IMG/VR virus record: IMGVR_UViG_3300034166_000560
Direction: 5' to 3' (one strand)
DNA: 64,000 nt
From: a virus
Shown: positions 46,040 through 53,646 of the stretch, in pieces
Layout of the letters: the number at the start of each line of letters is the position of its first letter
Position numbering within the stretch: position 1 is the stretch's first letter
The notes under the pieces: model-generated
Database searches by the model: none
What the model was told of the DNA's origin: nothing
Seen by the model: the letters and a program-made list of their open reading frames with translations, nothing else
Position numbers and translations under genes: made by a program

Positions 46040-46114
46040 TGGATCAGGAACCTGGACTCGAACCAAGATTAACGGAGTCAGAGTCCGTGGTTTTACCGAT
46101 TAAACTATTCCTGA
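46040..46114 (-). tRNA. tRNA-Gln(CTG)
   Basis: cloverleaf, loop CTCTGAC, CCA. Confidence 0.92.
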
Positions 46115-46115
46115 A

Positions 46116-46191
46116 TGGTGCTGGCAGAAGGAATCGAACCCTCGACCTGATGCTTACAAGGCAACTGCTCTACCGTCTGAGCTATACCAGC
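46116..46191 (-). tRNA. tRNA-Thr(TGT)
   Basis: cloverleaf, loop CTTGTAA, CCA. Confidence 0.93.
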
Positions 46192-46192
46192 G

Positions 46193-46552
46193 TTATTGAC
46201 ACACGGTGATCATAATAGGATCACCAAAAATATATCCCAGCGTATCCCATGGATCAGGATATGAAGTGCAAACTGGTTGAACAGGAACTTGCTGAACAAC
46301 TACCGTTGGCGTAACTGGCATCATGTAAACTTGATTACTGACAATGCCAACTCCATTGGGAACGTATTGTGGAGGAATAACCTGCACAACTGGTGCTGGA
46401 GCAACTACAACAGGAGCAGGTCTTACGACCTTCTTAACAACTCGAGTTGTCTTGTATGTGATAGTGCAACCATTACATACATCGATCTCTTGACCTGCAT
46501 AAGCAGGAGTAGCGAAGAGAATAAGAGCGAGAGCGAGCTTCTTAATATCCAT
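46193..46552 (-). CDS. secreted Pro/Val-rich hypothetical protein
   Basis: signal peptide MDIKKLALALILFATPAYA. Confidence 0.6.
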   Translation of the reverse strand: MDIKKLALALILFATPAYAGQEIDVCNGCTITYKTTRVVKKVVRPAPVVVAPAPVVQVIPPQYVPNGVGIVSNQVYMMPVTPTVVVQQVPVQPVCTSYPDPWDTLGYIFGDPIMITVCQ

Positions 46553-46826
46553 AGTAGTATCCTGACGGACCAGAGTAATACTGATAGCGAACTCCCGGAT
46601 AGGGACCATACGCATAGCCTGGACCAGTCGAGTAATATGGATACGGAGCGCCACGATAATACGGACCAGAAGCTAGACCACCAATGAGACCACCAAGAGC
46701 AAAACCAGCAATGGCAGCACCACCGTAACCCCATCCTCCGCCATAGCCCCATCCGCCACGATACCAGGCATTAGCAGGAGTAGTAAGTATACCTAAAACA
46801 GCGGCAATAGCAACAATCTTTTTCAT
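46542..46826 (-). CDS. secreted Gly/Tyr-rich protein (rhizobial BA14K-like architecture)
   Basis: signal peptide, then WYRGGWGYGGG, AAIAGFALGGLIGGLAS and a Tyr/Pro-rich tail. Confidence 0.65.
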   Translation of the reverse strand: MKKIVAIAAVLGILTTPANAWYRGGWGYGGGWGYGGAAIAGFALGGLIGGLASGPYYRGAPYPYYSTGPGYAYGPYPGVRYQYYSGPSGYYYGY

Positions 46827-46904
46827 CTTCATCTCCATAAGATAGCAGATTAACCTTTGATCTACACGAGACTATTTCTGGCGTCCATCCCAATCTATAA
46901 TTCT

Positions 46905-46932
46905 ATTATACCCTATTTATCCTACTAGTCAA
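46905..46932 (-). promoter_or_regulatory. sigma70-like promoter
   Basis: TTGACT-16 nt-TATAAT. Confidence 0.55.
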
Positions 46933-47857
46933 CAAGTAACTGTCTTTTTGTCTGAAAAAGATACTGCTCTCTAATTTTATCGCCAAGTTCTATATAACAA
47001 CAATCGCCGCAATTCCTACCAGTAACGAGATAGTTAAGGACAGCATTTTTATAATTTGCTATGCGGTCTCCAACATTAAGAGCTCTCACATCAACCCCAA
47101 ACCGATGTAACAAAGATATAGAGTTATCAATGTAATACATATCTGAGTTATGGTCAAGTTTACATTCTCGGAGAAACTCTGCGTATTTATCAGGAGATAA
47201 CTTACCAAGACTATAAAGAACAGAATAAACGGTACCAAGTTTATTACCAAGGTTTCCGGATTTAAAAATGTCGCCCACATCCGATACAAGGCCATTGTAT
47301 GAGATATCCTCTATAGAAGTCTTGTCCCAGATAAAGTTCCAATCGTTCTTGATCATATACTCTAGTAACATATACAAACAGCTTGGTTCGCCCAGTTCTA
47401 GATATTTAATCCTATCACATTTATAATTTAAAACAAAATAGTATTGCTGATTATCTTTATCGTAATTTACTGCTTTGATAACTTTAACAGAAGACAAATC
47501 AAATTCTTCTGAGTTTTCAATAATAGATAATTCTTTTACGCCACAAGAGCCAATGAAGTCTGTAAACTGTGGCTGATATTTCTCTTGAAAGATACCACTC
47601 TTATTATTGAACGCCCACTTACGAGCGTATGGTCCCATATAAAAAACGTCAGAGAAATCTACAACATCATAACCGTAAGTATTTACGATTGGATTACTAT
47701 CCAAAAACTGGCCATGATATGGAGCACCAGCGCCTTTGTAATAATACTCTTTACCTTTCGACACTCTTCCATTTACATGCTGCAGGTCATCATCAATCTC
47801 TAGTTTGTCTACTACTTGGCCAACAGAATTATAAATTGGAACAGTTGTCATAATCAC
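46925..47857 (-). CDS. hypothetical protein
   Basis: 310-aa ORF, no recognised motif. Confidence 0.65.
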   Translation of the reverse strand: MIMTTVPIYNSVGQVVDKLEIDDDLQHVNGRVSKGKEYYYKGAGAPYHGQFLDSNPIVNTYGYDVVDFSDVFYMGPYARKWAFNNKSGIFQEKYQPQFTDFIGSCGVKELSIIENSEEFDLSSVKVIKAVNYDKDNQQYYFVLNYKCDRIKYLELGEPSCLYMLLEYMIKNDWNFIWDKTSIEDISYNGLVSDVGDIFKSGNLGNKLGTVYSVLYSLGKLSPDKYAEFLRECKLDHNSDMYYIDNSISLLHRFGVDVRALNVGDRIANYKNAVLNYLVTGRNCGDCCYIELGDKIREQYLFQTKRQLLVD

Positions 47858-48438
47858 TCGCTGTAATGCATATACGAACTTAGTAAATACTTATCGCCTC
47901 TTAATACTGCCTCGCCTGCATGCGGATACATCCAGAAAGGAGGGAACATTAACAGCTTACCTTTTGCTGGTTCGTAATGCAGATTGATATTCGTTATACA
48001 GGTATTTCCGCCACTCTCTGGTCTGTTTAGATACCAAAAGAAAATCATAAACCGTTTGCCAGAAATAAGATCATTCGAATCGATATGTTCATCGAACCGA
48101 TCTATTGACTGTCTGTTAGGATACTCTCTGCCATCCGAATAATGTTTGATTCTAAACTCTTCGAATGCGAAATTCTTTGGCCAGAACCTAGTCTCCGGAA
48201 CTTCCTTACGATATCTCTCGATACCATCGAATGCACGTTCAACTAGATGCTGATGTAGTGTAGGATGTATTAGTTTATGACGACTAAAATTCATCTGCGT
48301 CATATTCGGAAAACCGTCATCATCATATCTGATATGAAGATCTGGTTTCCATTTAAACATCGCAATCAATTCATCGCAAATATCTTCTCCCAAATGATTG
48401 GGATAGACCTTGCAATAATCATGTATGAAGGCAGACAT
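47854..48438 (-). CDS. 2OG-Fe(II) oxygenase
   Basis: FDEHID, WYLN..GGNT, FPPFWMYPHAG, KYLLS. Confidence 0.85.
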   Translation of the reverse strand: MSAFIHDYCKVYPNHLGEDICDELIAMFKWKPDLHIRYDDDGFPNMTQMNFSRHKLIHPTLHQHLVERAFDGIERYRKEVPETRFWPKNFAFEEFRIKHYSDGREYPNRQSIDRFDEHIDSNDLISGKRFMIFFWYLNRPESGGNTCITNINLHYEPAKGKLLMFPPFWMYPHAGEAVLRGDKYLLSSYMHYSE

Positions 48439-48453
48439 ACAACATCCTAAAAA

Positions 48454-48528
48454 TGGCTCCCTGAGAAGGATTCGAACCTCCGGCCAAGTCGTTAACAGCG
48501 ACCTGCTCTACCACTGAGCTACCAGGGA
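48454..48528 (-). tRNA. tRNA-Asn(GTT)
   Basis: cloverleaf, loop CTGTTAA, CCA. Confidence 0.93.
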
Positions 48529-48532
48529 ATAT

Positions 48533-49267
48533 TCATTCTAAGAGATTATCTAAAACCTCTTCCATAAACTGTTTTCTAAGTTTTGATTTTCTAAACAAGT
48601 CATAATAATATTCTAAAGGACTAATCAAAGGATATTTATTATTTCTTGCAGACAAATTTCGTTGCATCAAATGTAAAATTTTCTCTGATGGATAGAACTT
48701 TACCAGTTCTACATTTTCATCGGTCATAAACTTTACATTAAGATAAGGATCTCCACGTTTTAAAGTTACCTCATTATATCCGTTCCTCACGAAAAAGGCA
48801 AACTCTATGTTTCTAATCCATTCATATATATTAAACTGTCCTGGCATACCAATGGTTGTTTTACCAAACTCGGTATCGCCGAGATACGTAGGAGTCGTCT
48901 GAATCTCTACGCTTTGTTCTGGAATAAACCAATAGTATAAATTAAGAGAGATCAATCTCTCTTTTGCCATTCTAACTCTAACAACATCATCAAAAAATTT
49001 CTGATCATACATATCAGAATAGACATCGCCATCGTCAGTAAATTTTAAAGTGTAATCAATAGGAAATCTTAACTCATACGAATTATGAATTCTTCTTTTC
49101 ATACTAGGACAATACTTAAAATTGTCCAACGGTTTTAGATCGTTCGAAGGTAATTTATTAAACAGTTCCGAAGTTTTCATCGGTTCGTAATAATTCAAAA
49201 ACTGGAGCGAATGATTATCACTCTCATTTACATTGAATGTATTTACTGCTGTCCAATAAACTTTCAT
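48533..49267 (-). CDS. hypothetical protein
   Basis: FKYCPS..PGQFNIYEWIR..KRGDP; 244 aa. Confidence 0.65.
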   Translation of the reverse strand: MKVYWTAVNTFNVNESDNHSLQFLNYYEPMKTSELFNKLPSNDLKPLDNFKYCPSMKRRIHNSYELRFPIDYTLKFTDDGDVYSDMYDQKFFDDVVRVRMAKERLISLNLYYWFIPEQSVEIQTTPTYLGDTEFGKTTIGMPGQFNIYEWIRNIEFAFFVRNGYNEVTLKRGDPYLNVKFMTDENVELVKFYPSEKILHLMQRNLSARNNKYPLISPLEYYYDLFRKSKLRKQFMEEVLDNLLE

Positions 49268-49278
49268 AACAACCTCAA

Positions 49279-49352
49279 TGGTACTGGGACCAGGTATCGA
49301 TCCTGAACTACAAGCTCCACAAACTCGTGTGCTACCACTACACTATCCCAGC
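49279..49352 (-). tRNA. tRNA-His(GTG), no encoded G-1, A73
   Basis: GCTGGGA/TCCCAGT-A-CCA, loop TTGTGGA. Confidence 0.88.
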
Positions 49353-49356
49353 AAAC

Positions 49357-49431
49357 TGGATCGGGGACAAGGACTCGAACCCTGATAGACAGAACCAAAA
49401 TCTGCCGTTCTACCAATTAAACTATCCCCGA
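49357..49431 (-). tRNA. tRNA-Gln(TTG)
   Basis: cloverleaf, loop TTTTGGT, CCA. Confidence 0.9.
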
Positions 49432-49438
49432 ACAAAAA

Positions 49439-49522
49439 TGGTGCCGAGAGTAGGGTTCGAACCTACCGTGCTATAAGCGTCCGATTTACAGTCGGGTGCC
49501 CGTCCACTCAGGCGGTCTCGGC
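49439..49522 (-). tRNA. tRNA-Tyr(GTA)
   Basis: loop CTGTAAA, long variable arm, CCA. Confidence 0.9.
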
Positions 49523-49527
49523 ATTAA

Positions 49528-49604
49528 TGGAGTCCCGAACAGGATTCAAACCTGTAGCCTTCGGTTTCGTAGACCGATGCTCTATTCAGTTGAGCTATCG
49601 AGAC
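49528..49604 (-). tRNA. tRNA-Arg(ACG)
   Basis: loop CTACGAA, CCA. Confidence 0.9.
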
Positions 49605-50082
49605 AATCCAGTAATGGAACAGGTGTGTAATCAATTACCTCAACGGAAACATTCTTATATGCTTCATCGGGCAAACTATTACGATGCACATGTCCATGAA
49701 CATTATACTTTGTTTTATACAGACTAGAAACATGCAATGGAATATGCGACAGAGTAGCATTGTATTCCGGAAACATTCTCCAGACCATAATCTTTTGAAA
49801 GACATTCTGTATGTGTTCGTTCTTAGCATTATCATGGTTGCCAAGAATAAGACGCTTACGCCCTTTCAATCTGTAAAGATGCTGATGACCTTTACCAAAA
49901 TAAACATCACCTAGATGATACACAATGTCAGAGTCAGAAACAACACTGTTCCAACGTTCAACCATATGCTCATCCATTTCTTCAACAGAAGAAAAGTTTC
50001 TAACAGGAGAACCATCTGCCTGTTTGAAGTTGAGTATATTAGCATGACCAAAGTGCGTATCACTAACAACAAAGATAGTCAT
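49582..50082 (-). CDS. calcineurin-like metallophosphoesterase
   Basis: SDTHFGH, HLGD, GNHD, SHIP, HGHVH; stop codon lies inside the tRNA-Arg gene. Confidence 0.87.
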   Translation of the reverse strand: MTIFVVSDTHFGHANILNFKQADGSPVRNFSSVEEMDEHMVERWNSVVSDSDIVYHLGDVYFGKGHQHLYRLKGRKRLILGNHDNAKNEHIQNVFQKIMVWRMFPEYNATLSHIPLHVSSLYKTKYNVHGHVHRNSLPDEAYKNVSVEVIDYTPVPLLDCLDSSTE

Positions 50083-50086
50083 AATA

Positions 50087-50164
50087 TGGTACTCCTAGTC
50101 AGATTCGAACTGACACTAGCGATGATTTTGAGTCAACGTCCTCTACCAGTTGGGATATAGGAGC
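50087..50164 (-). tRNA. tRNA-Leu(CAA), short variable region
   Basis: loop CTCAAAA, CCA, 78 nt. Confidence 0.8.
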
Positions 50165-50170
50165 ATTATA

Positions 50171-50272
50171 TGGTAGGCCAGGTAGGAGTTGCACCTACAC
50201 GTTATCCATTATCCGGATAATAGACAACAGCGCCCAGCGTTAGCGCCACGGTTACTATTACGTCACTGACCT
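50171..50272 (-). ncRNA. atypical tRNA-like RNA (non-canonical anticodon loop, very long variable arm)
   Basis: AGGTCAG/CTGGCCT-A-CCA acceptor stem, T arm GTAGG-TGCAACT-CCTAC, GCGCT-AACGCTG-GGCGC arm, long extra hairpin of about 12 bp. Confidence 0.7.
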
Positions 50273-50276
50273 ATAA

Positions 50277-50352
50277 TGGTGCTTCCCCTCAGAATCAAAC
50301 AGAGTCCTCTCGTTCTTCAGACGAGCGTGCGCATCAGCTACACCAGAGAAGC
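50277..50352 (-). tRNA. tRNA-Phe(GAA)
   Basis: loop CTGAAGA, CCA. Confidence 0.85.
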
Positions 50353-50353
50353 A

Positions 50354-50430
50354 TGGTGCCCCAGGAGAGATTCGAACTCCCAACCTTCGGTTCCTAAGAC
50401 CGACGCCTCTACCAATTGGGCTATTGGGGC
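50354..50430 (-). tRNA. tRNA-Leu(TAG), short variable region
   Basis: loop CTTAGGA, CCA, 77 nt. Confidence 0.85.
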
Positions 50431-50519
50431 ATAAACTTACGGGTCTGTGATAGTTACGAGCTAACCAGCACCCTGCCAGAGACTAAGCCATACGTCTATG
50501 ACCGTCCTACTGGAACATA

Positions 50520-50595
50520 TGGTAGGGGATGACAGGATTGAACTGCCGACCTTCGCCGTGTAAAAGCGTTGCTCTCCCAGCTGAGCTAATCCCCC
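50520..50595 (-). tRNA. tRNA-Val(TAC)
   Basis: loop TTTACAC, CCA. Confidence 0.92.
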
Positions 50596-50724
50596 AAAAT
50601 TCCCTGGACCGAAGACTCGTCCGCCTTCCTGCTACTAGTGCACTTTCGCAGTATGGCTCAAATTGTGTCCTGTCTGCACTCGGTCCTACATGCGCTCTAT
50701 TTTTCTACGCCGAAGCGGGCGAAT

Positions 50725-50801
<77 letters not shown>

Positions 50802-50808
50802 ATTATAC

Positions 50809-50884
50809 TGGATGCGATGCGTTGGAATTGCACCAACTTCTACTGGTTTATGAGACCAGCGAGATACTATACCTCCCGCCCGCA
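50809..50884 (-). tRNA. tRNA-Met(CAT), atypical acceptor stem
   Basis: CTGGT-CTCATAA-ACCAG, T arm GTTGG-TGCAATT-CCAAC, bulged acceptor stem, CCA. Confidence 0.7.
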
Positions 50885-50966
50885 AAACTCGCTGTCCCTC
50901 ACGCCTTGGGACGAATGTTGTCTAGTATTACGACACTCCATAAAGGCTGTGTATCTAGATCAAACC

Positions 50967-51041
50967 TGGTGCTGATAGTTGGAATCAAACCAACCTTTAA
51001 AGCCTTATGAGGACTCCTCGACATCTTGCCGACCTACCAGC
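50967..51041 (-). tRNA. tRNA-Met(CAT)
   Basis: GAGTC-CTCATAA-GGCTT, CCA. Confidence 0.8.
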
Positions 51042-51183
51042 GAAATAGCTTCCCTGTTATTATAGAGGTATCGGGACCCTCTACTGGTAAACACCTCGAC
51101 AGACCTAGGAACCATCGATTAGCAGTCCAGCGAAAAATAGAGTCAGGGCACAAATTGTGTCATACATCCCCGACTCATTAAAT

Positions 51184-51257
51184 TGGCACCAGTGGAAGGA
51201 GTCGAACCCTCGCCTAGAGTTTTGGAGACTCCCGTGCTACCGTAACACTTCACTGAT
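51184..51257 (-). tRNA. tRNA-Trp(CCA)
   Basis: loop CTCCAAA, CCA. Confidence 0.9.
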
Positions 51258-51259
51258 AC

Positions 51260-51343
51260 TGGCGGAGGATGAAGGAATCGAACCATCAACCTTTCGGTGG
51301 CGGAGTTTTCAAGACTCTGTGTGCCCCAGGCACGCCATCCTCC
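51260..51343 (-). tRNA. tRNA-Ser(TGA)
   Basis: loop CTTGAAA, variable arm, G73-CCA. Confidence 0.88.
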
Positions 51344-51346
51344 AAT

Positions 51347-51422
51347 TGGTGGAAGTGACAGGCATCGAACCTGCAACCTGCTGCGTGCAAGGCAGCTGCT
51401 CTCCCAGTTGAGCTACACCCCC
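51347..51422 (-). tRNA. tRNA-Ala(TGC)
   Basis: loop CTTGCAC, G3:U70, CCA. Confidence 0.92.
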
Positions 51423-51423
51423 A

Positions 51424-51588
51424 TTGATAATACGCCAACGGACCAACAATGACCAATAGGTAGCCTTATCACCGTTTGCTATTACACCCTCATCGGGTGC
51501 TAACCATCGCAGGTTAGTCTGGATCAATTCTTACCGTATCATTTGTCAACGTTTCGAACCGTAGTCTGATCCGTTGGCGTATTATCAA
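51424..51588 (-). ncRNA. 165-nt structured RNA closed by a perfect 19-bp stem
   Basis: TTGATAATACGCCAACGGA (51424-51442) is the reverse complement of 51570-51588; internal hairpins; directly downstream of a promoter. Confidence 0.65.
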
Positions 51589-51603
51589 GTATTCTATTTA
51601 GTC

Positions 51604-51632
51604 ATAATACTATAAATTTTCTAACAAGTCAA
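51604..51632 (-). promoter_or_regulatory. sigma70-like promoter
   Basis: TTGACT-17 nt-TATTAT. Confidence 0.6.
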
Positions 51633-51641
51633 TAACTTTTT

Positions 51642-51731
51642 TGGCGGAGAGTGAGAGATTCGAACTCTCGGAAGACTTTCGCCCTCGCTTCGTTAGCAGT
51701 GAAGTGCCTTCGACCACTCGGCCAACTCTCC
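51642..51731 (-). tRNA. tRNA-Ser(GCT)
   Basis: loop CTGCTAA, long variable arm, G73-CCA. Confidence 0.93.
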
Positions 51732-51734
51732 AAT

Positions 51735-51826
51735 TGGTAGGGGATCCCGGATTCGAACCGAGTCGAGAACGCTAATCGGGCGCTGAAAGGTTTATAAAAC
51801 CTCCCTGTGTACCAACACCATCCCCC
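51735..51826 (-). tRNA. tRNA with TAT anticodon (Ile-decoding) and a long variable arm
   Basis: GAGGT-TTTATAA-ACCTT, variable hairpin AGCGC-CCGATTA-GCGTT, A73-CCA, 92 nt. Confidence 0.75.
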
Positions 51827-51831
51827 ATATA

Positions 51832-51907
51832 TGGCGGGAGCGACGAGTTTCGATCTCGCTACCTCAGCAGTGACAGTGCTGCGCTCTCCCAATTGAGCTA
51901 CGCCCCC
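51832..51907 (-). tRNA. tRNA-Asp(GTC)
   Basis: loop CTGTCAC, CCA. Confidence 0.9.
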
Positions 51908-51908
51908 A

Positions 51909-52301
51909 TTAAATCAATTTAGAATACTTGTGTCTTTCTTTGTTACCATTGCCTTTATTTAAGGCTTTCCAAGTTGGAGTTAAAGAATGACAATTAGGAC
52001 AAAGAACTTTTAAATTCTCTTCTTTACAGTTAGCACAATCTCCATCTATATGATCTATTTCTAGAGGAGAATTACCAGTCACTGGATTTATTTTATTCCA
52101 TCCACATTCAGAACAACTATAATTAGATTTCTCTAACATATATCTTCTGATATGAGACTTAACTCTTAATCCAGCTTTATATCCTTTGTCATTACCATCA
52201 AACCATTCTTGTAATAGTTTCTTGGTTCTTAACTCTCCCTGGCATTTATTATTACAATACTTACCAGCTTTTATTTCTTTACCGCAATTTAAGCAATGCA
52301 T
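51909..52301 (-). CDS. HNH endonuclease inserted in the tRNA cluster
   Basis: CSECG, LEIDHIDGD..NLKVLCPNCH; TATAAATA at 52333-52340 upstream. Confidence 0.88.
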   Translation of the reverse strand: MHCLNCGKEIKAGKYCNNKCQGELRTKKLLQEWFDGNDKGYKAGLRVKSHIRRYMLEKSNYSCSECGWNKINPVTGNSPLEIDHIDGDCANCKEENLKVLCPNCHSLTPTWKALNKGNGNKERHKYSKLI

Positions 52302-52356
52302 CTAATACCTCATAAACTGACGCCTTTTGCTTTATTTATAAAACCACGGTGTTTAA

Positions 52357-52433
52357 TGGAGGATCCTCTGGGATTCGAACCCAGGACATACCGATTAAAA
52401 GTCGGATGTTCTAACCTACTGAACTAAGGATCC
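52357..52433 (-). tRNA. tRNA-Lys(TTT)
   Basis: loop CTTTTAA, CCA. Confidence 0.92.
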
Positions 52434-52436
52434 AAA

Positions 52437-52512
52437 TGGTAGACCTGGAGGGATTCGAACCCCCGTCAAGAGATTAAGAGTCTCCTGCTAAAACCAACTC
52501 AGCTACAGGTCC
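52437..52512 (-). tRNA. tRNA-Lys(CTT)
   Basis: loop CTCTTAA, CCA. Confidence 0.9.
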
Positions 52513-52637
52513 ATAAATTCCTTGTACCGTTTCCATCTTACCCTTCCATGGCGAGAAAAGACAGCGCCCTTGCGGGTTATTTTAATTCGGACACTCCTCC
52601 ATCGAGGATTCGCACGGTACCACACGGACCGAATATA

Positions 52638-52712
52638 TGGTGACTCCTGGGGGAATCGAACCCCCCTACCAAGATTGAAAGTCTTGTGTCCTAACCGATA
52701 GACGAAGGAGCC
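52638..52712 (-). tRNA. tRNA-Glu(TTC)
   Basis: loop CTTTCAA, CCA. Confidence 0.9.
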
Positions 52713-52785
52713 ATAAACTCTCGGGTTGCTACCACCCAACCCTTCCCGAGACCATTAAAATGGTAGTTGTAGCCTCGGAGTATTC

Positions 52786-52860
52786 TGGTTGTTCCACCAA
52801 GAATCGAACTTGGATCTAACGATTATCAGTCGTTTGCACTAACCGTTGTGCTATGGAACA
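52786..52860 (-). tRNA. tRNA-Ile(GAT)
   Basis: loop CTGATAA, CCA. Confidence 0.9.
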
Positions 52861-52869
52861 ATAATAACA

Positions 52870-52998
52870 CTTAGAAAGATACAGGTTTACTATATCTCGG
52901 ACGGAGATGGTTGCAACCAGAGCCCACGGATAAAGATACAAGGTTTGAGCATCAGTATTTACTGGCGCCTTGCTCGCACGAGCCTGTACCTATCTAAG
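52870..52998 (-). ncRNA. putative 129-nt structured RNA
   Basis: terminal pairing CTTAGA/TCTAAG plus TACAGG/CCTGTA; first element after the 53011-53039 promoter. Confidence 0.5.
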
Positions 52999-53010
52999 CA
53001 TTATATATTC

Positions 53011-53039
53011 ATTATAACCTAAACTTCCGAAGAAGTCAA
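53011..53039 (-). promoter_or_regulatory. sigma70-like promoter for the tRNA cluster
   Basis: TTGACT-17 nt-TATAAT. Confidence 0.7.
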
Positions 53040-53047
53040 CAACTTTT

Positions 53048-53127
53048 TGGAGGGAGTGATGGGACTCGAACCCACATATTTTAGGTTTTGCAGACCTTGC
53101 CGTAACCAATTCCGGACACACACTCCC
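53048..53127 (-). tRNA. tRNA-Cys(GCA)
   Basis: loop CTGCAAA, U73-CCA. Confidence 0.85.
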
Positions 53128-53129
53128 AT

Positions 53130-53154
53130 AAAAAAGGCGGCCACTAGGACCGCC
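53130..53154 (-). terminator. intrinsic terminator
   Basis: GGCGGTC-CTAGT-GGCCGCC followed by TTTTTT on the - strand. Confidence 0.75.
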
Positions 53155-53164
53155 CCTCTATTAA

Positions 53165-53428
53165 TCAGAGACCAGCGGCCAACGCTCGATAACCAGCAGC
53201 GATAATCTTGCGGCTTGGTTTACCACAGCGATACTTAGCGACAGTTTCGCCCTTTGAATTCTTCGATTCGTTTAGATAGATAGCATAACCCATCTGACGA
53301 ATCTTATAGACAAGATCGTGCGGATTGCCTGCACCATAACGAGCCTTAATCTGCGCTGCAGTAAGTTCCTCGCCACGATTAACAAGAGCCTCGAAAACCT
53401 TATCTAGCTGAGTTGCATTCTGAACCAT
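53165..53428 (-). CDS. conserved T4-like winged-HTH-like protein
   Basis: GEELTAAQIKARYG..NPH..IRQMGYAIYLN..YRCGKPSRKIIAAGYRA. Confidence 0.7.
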   Translation of the reverse strand: MVQNATQLDKVFEALVNRGEELTAAQIKARYGAGNPHDLVYKIRQMGYAIYLNESKNSKGETVAKYRCGKPSRKIIAAGYRALAAGL

Positions 53429-53451
53429 TATATACCTCTTTCTTTCTCAAG

Positions 53452-53634
53452 TCAAATTATGTTAACTAACATACCCTTCTCATCGATAGCACGGACACGA
53501 CTGTCCGGAAACTGATCTTTGAGGCTTTTCATTGCCGAAATAATCAGCAAATCATTATTAGATGTAACAGTATAGGTTCTCCAGTTACCAGTATCATCTT
53601 GTCTCTGGATGTAGATATTTCCCATACCACTCAT
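53452..53634 (-). CDS. hypothetical protein
   Basis: 60-aa ORF with GGAG SD. Confidence 0.6.
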   Translation of the reverse strand: MSGMGNIYIQRQDDTGNWRTYTVTSNNDLLIISAMKSLKDQFPDSRVRAIDEKGMLVNII

Positions 53635-53646
53635 CGTTTTCTCCTC

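Noticed and set aside
46846-46897. Possible eighth array unit (AGATTGG..TTAATCT stem after a promoter)
   Set aside because: It lacks the NTWCMGCA motif and the stem relies on two G-U pairs; it is more likely just a 5' leader.
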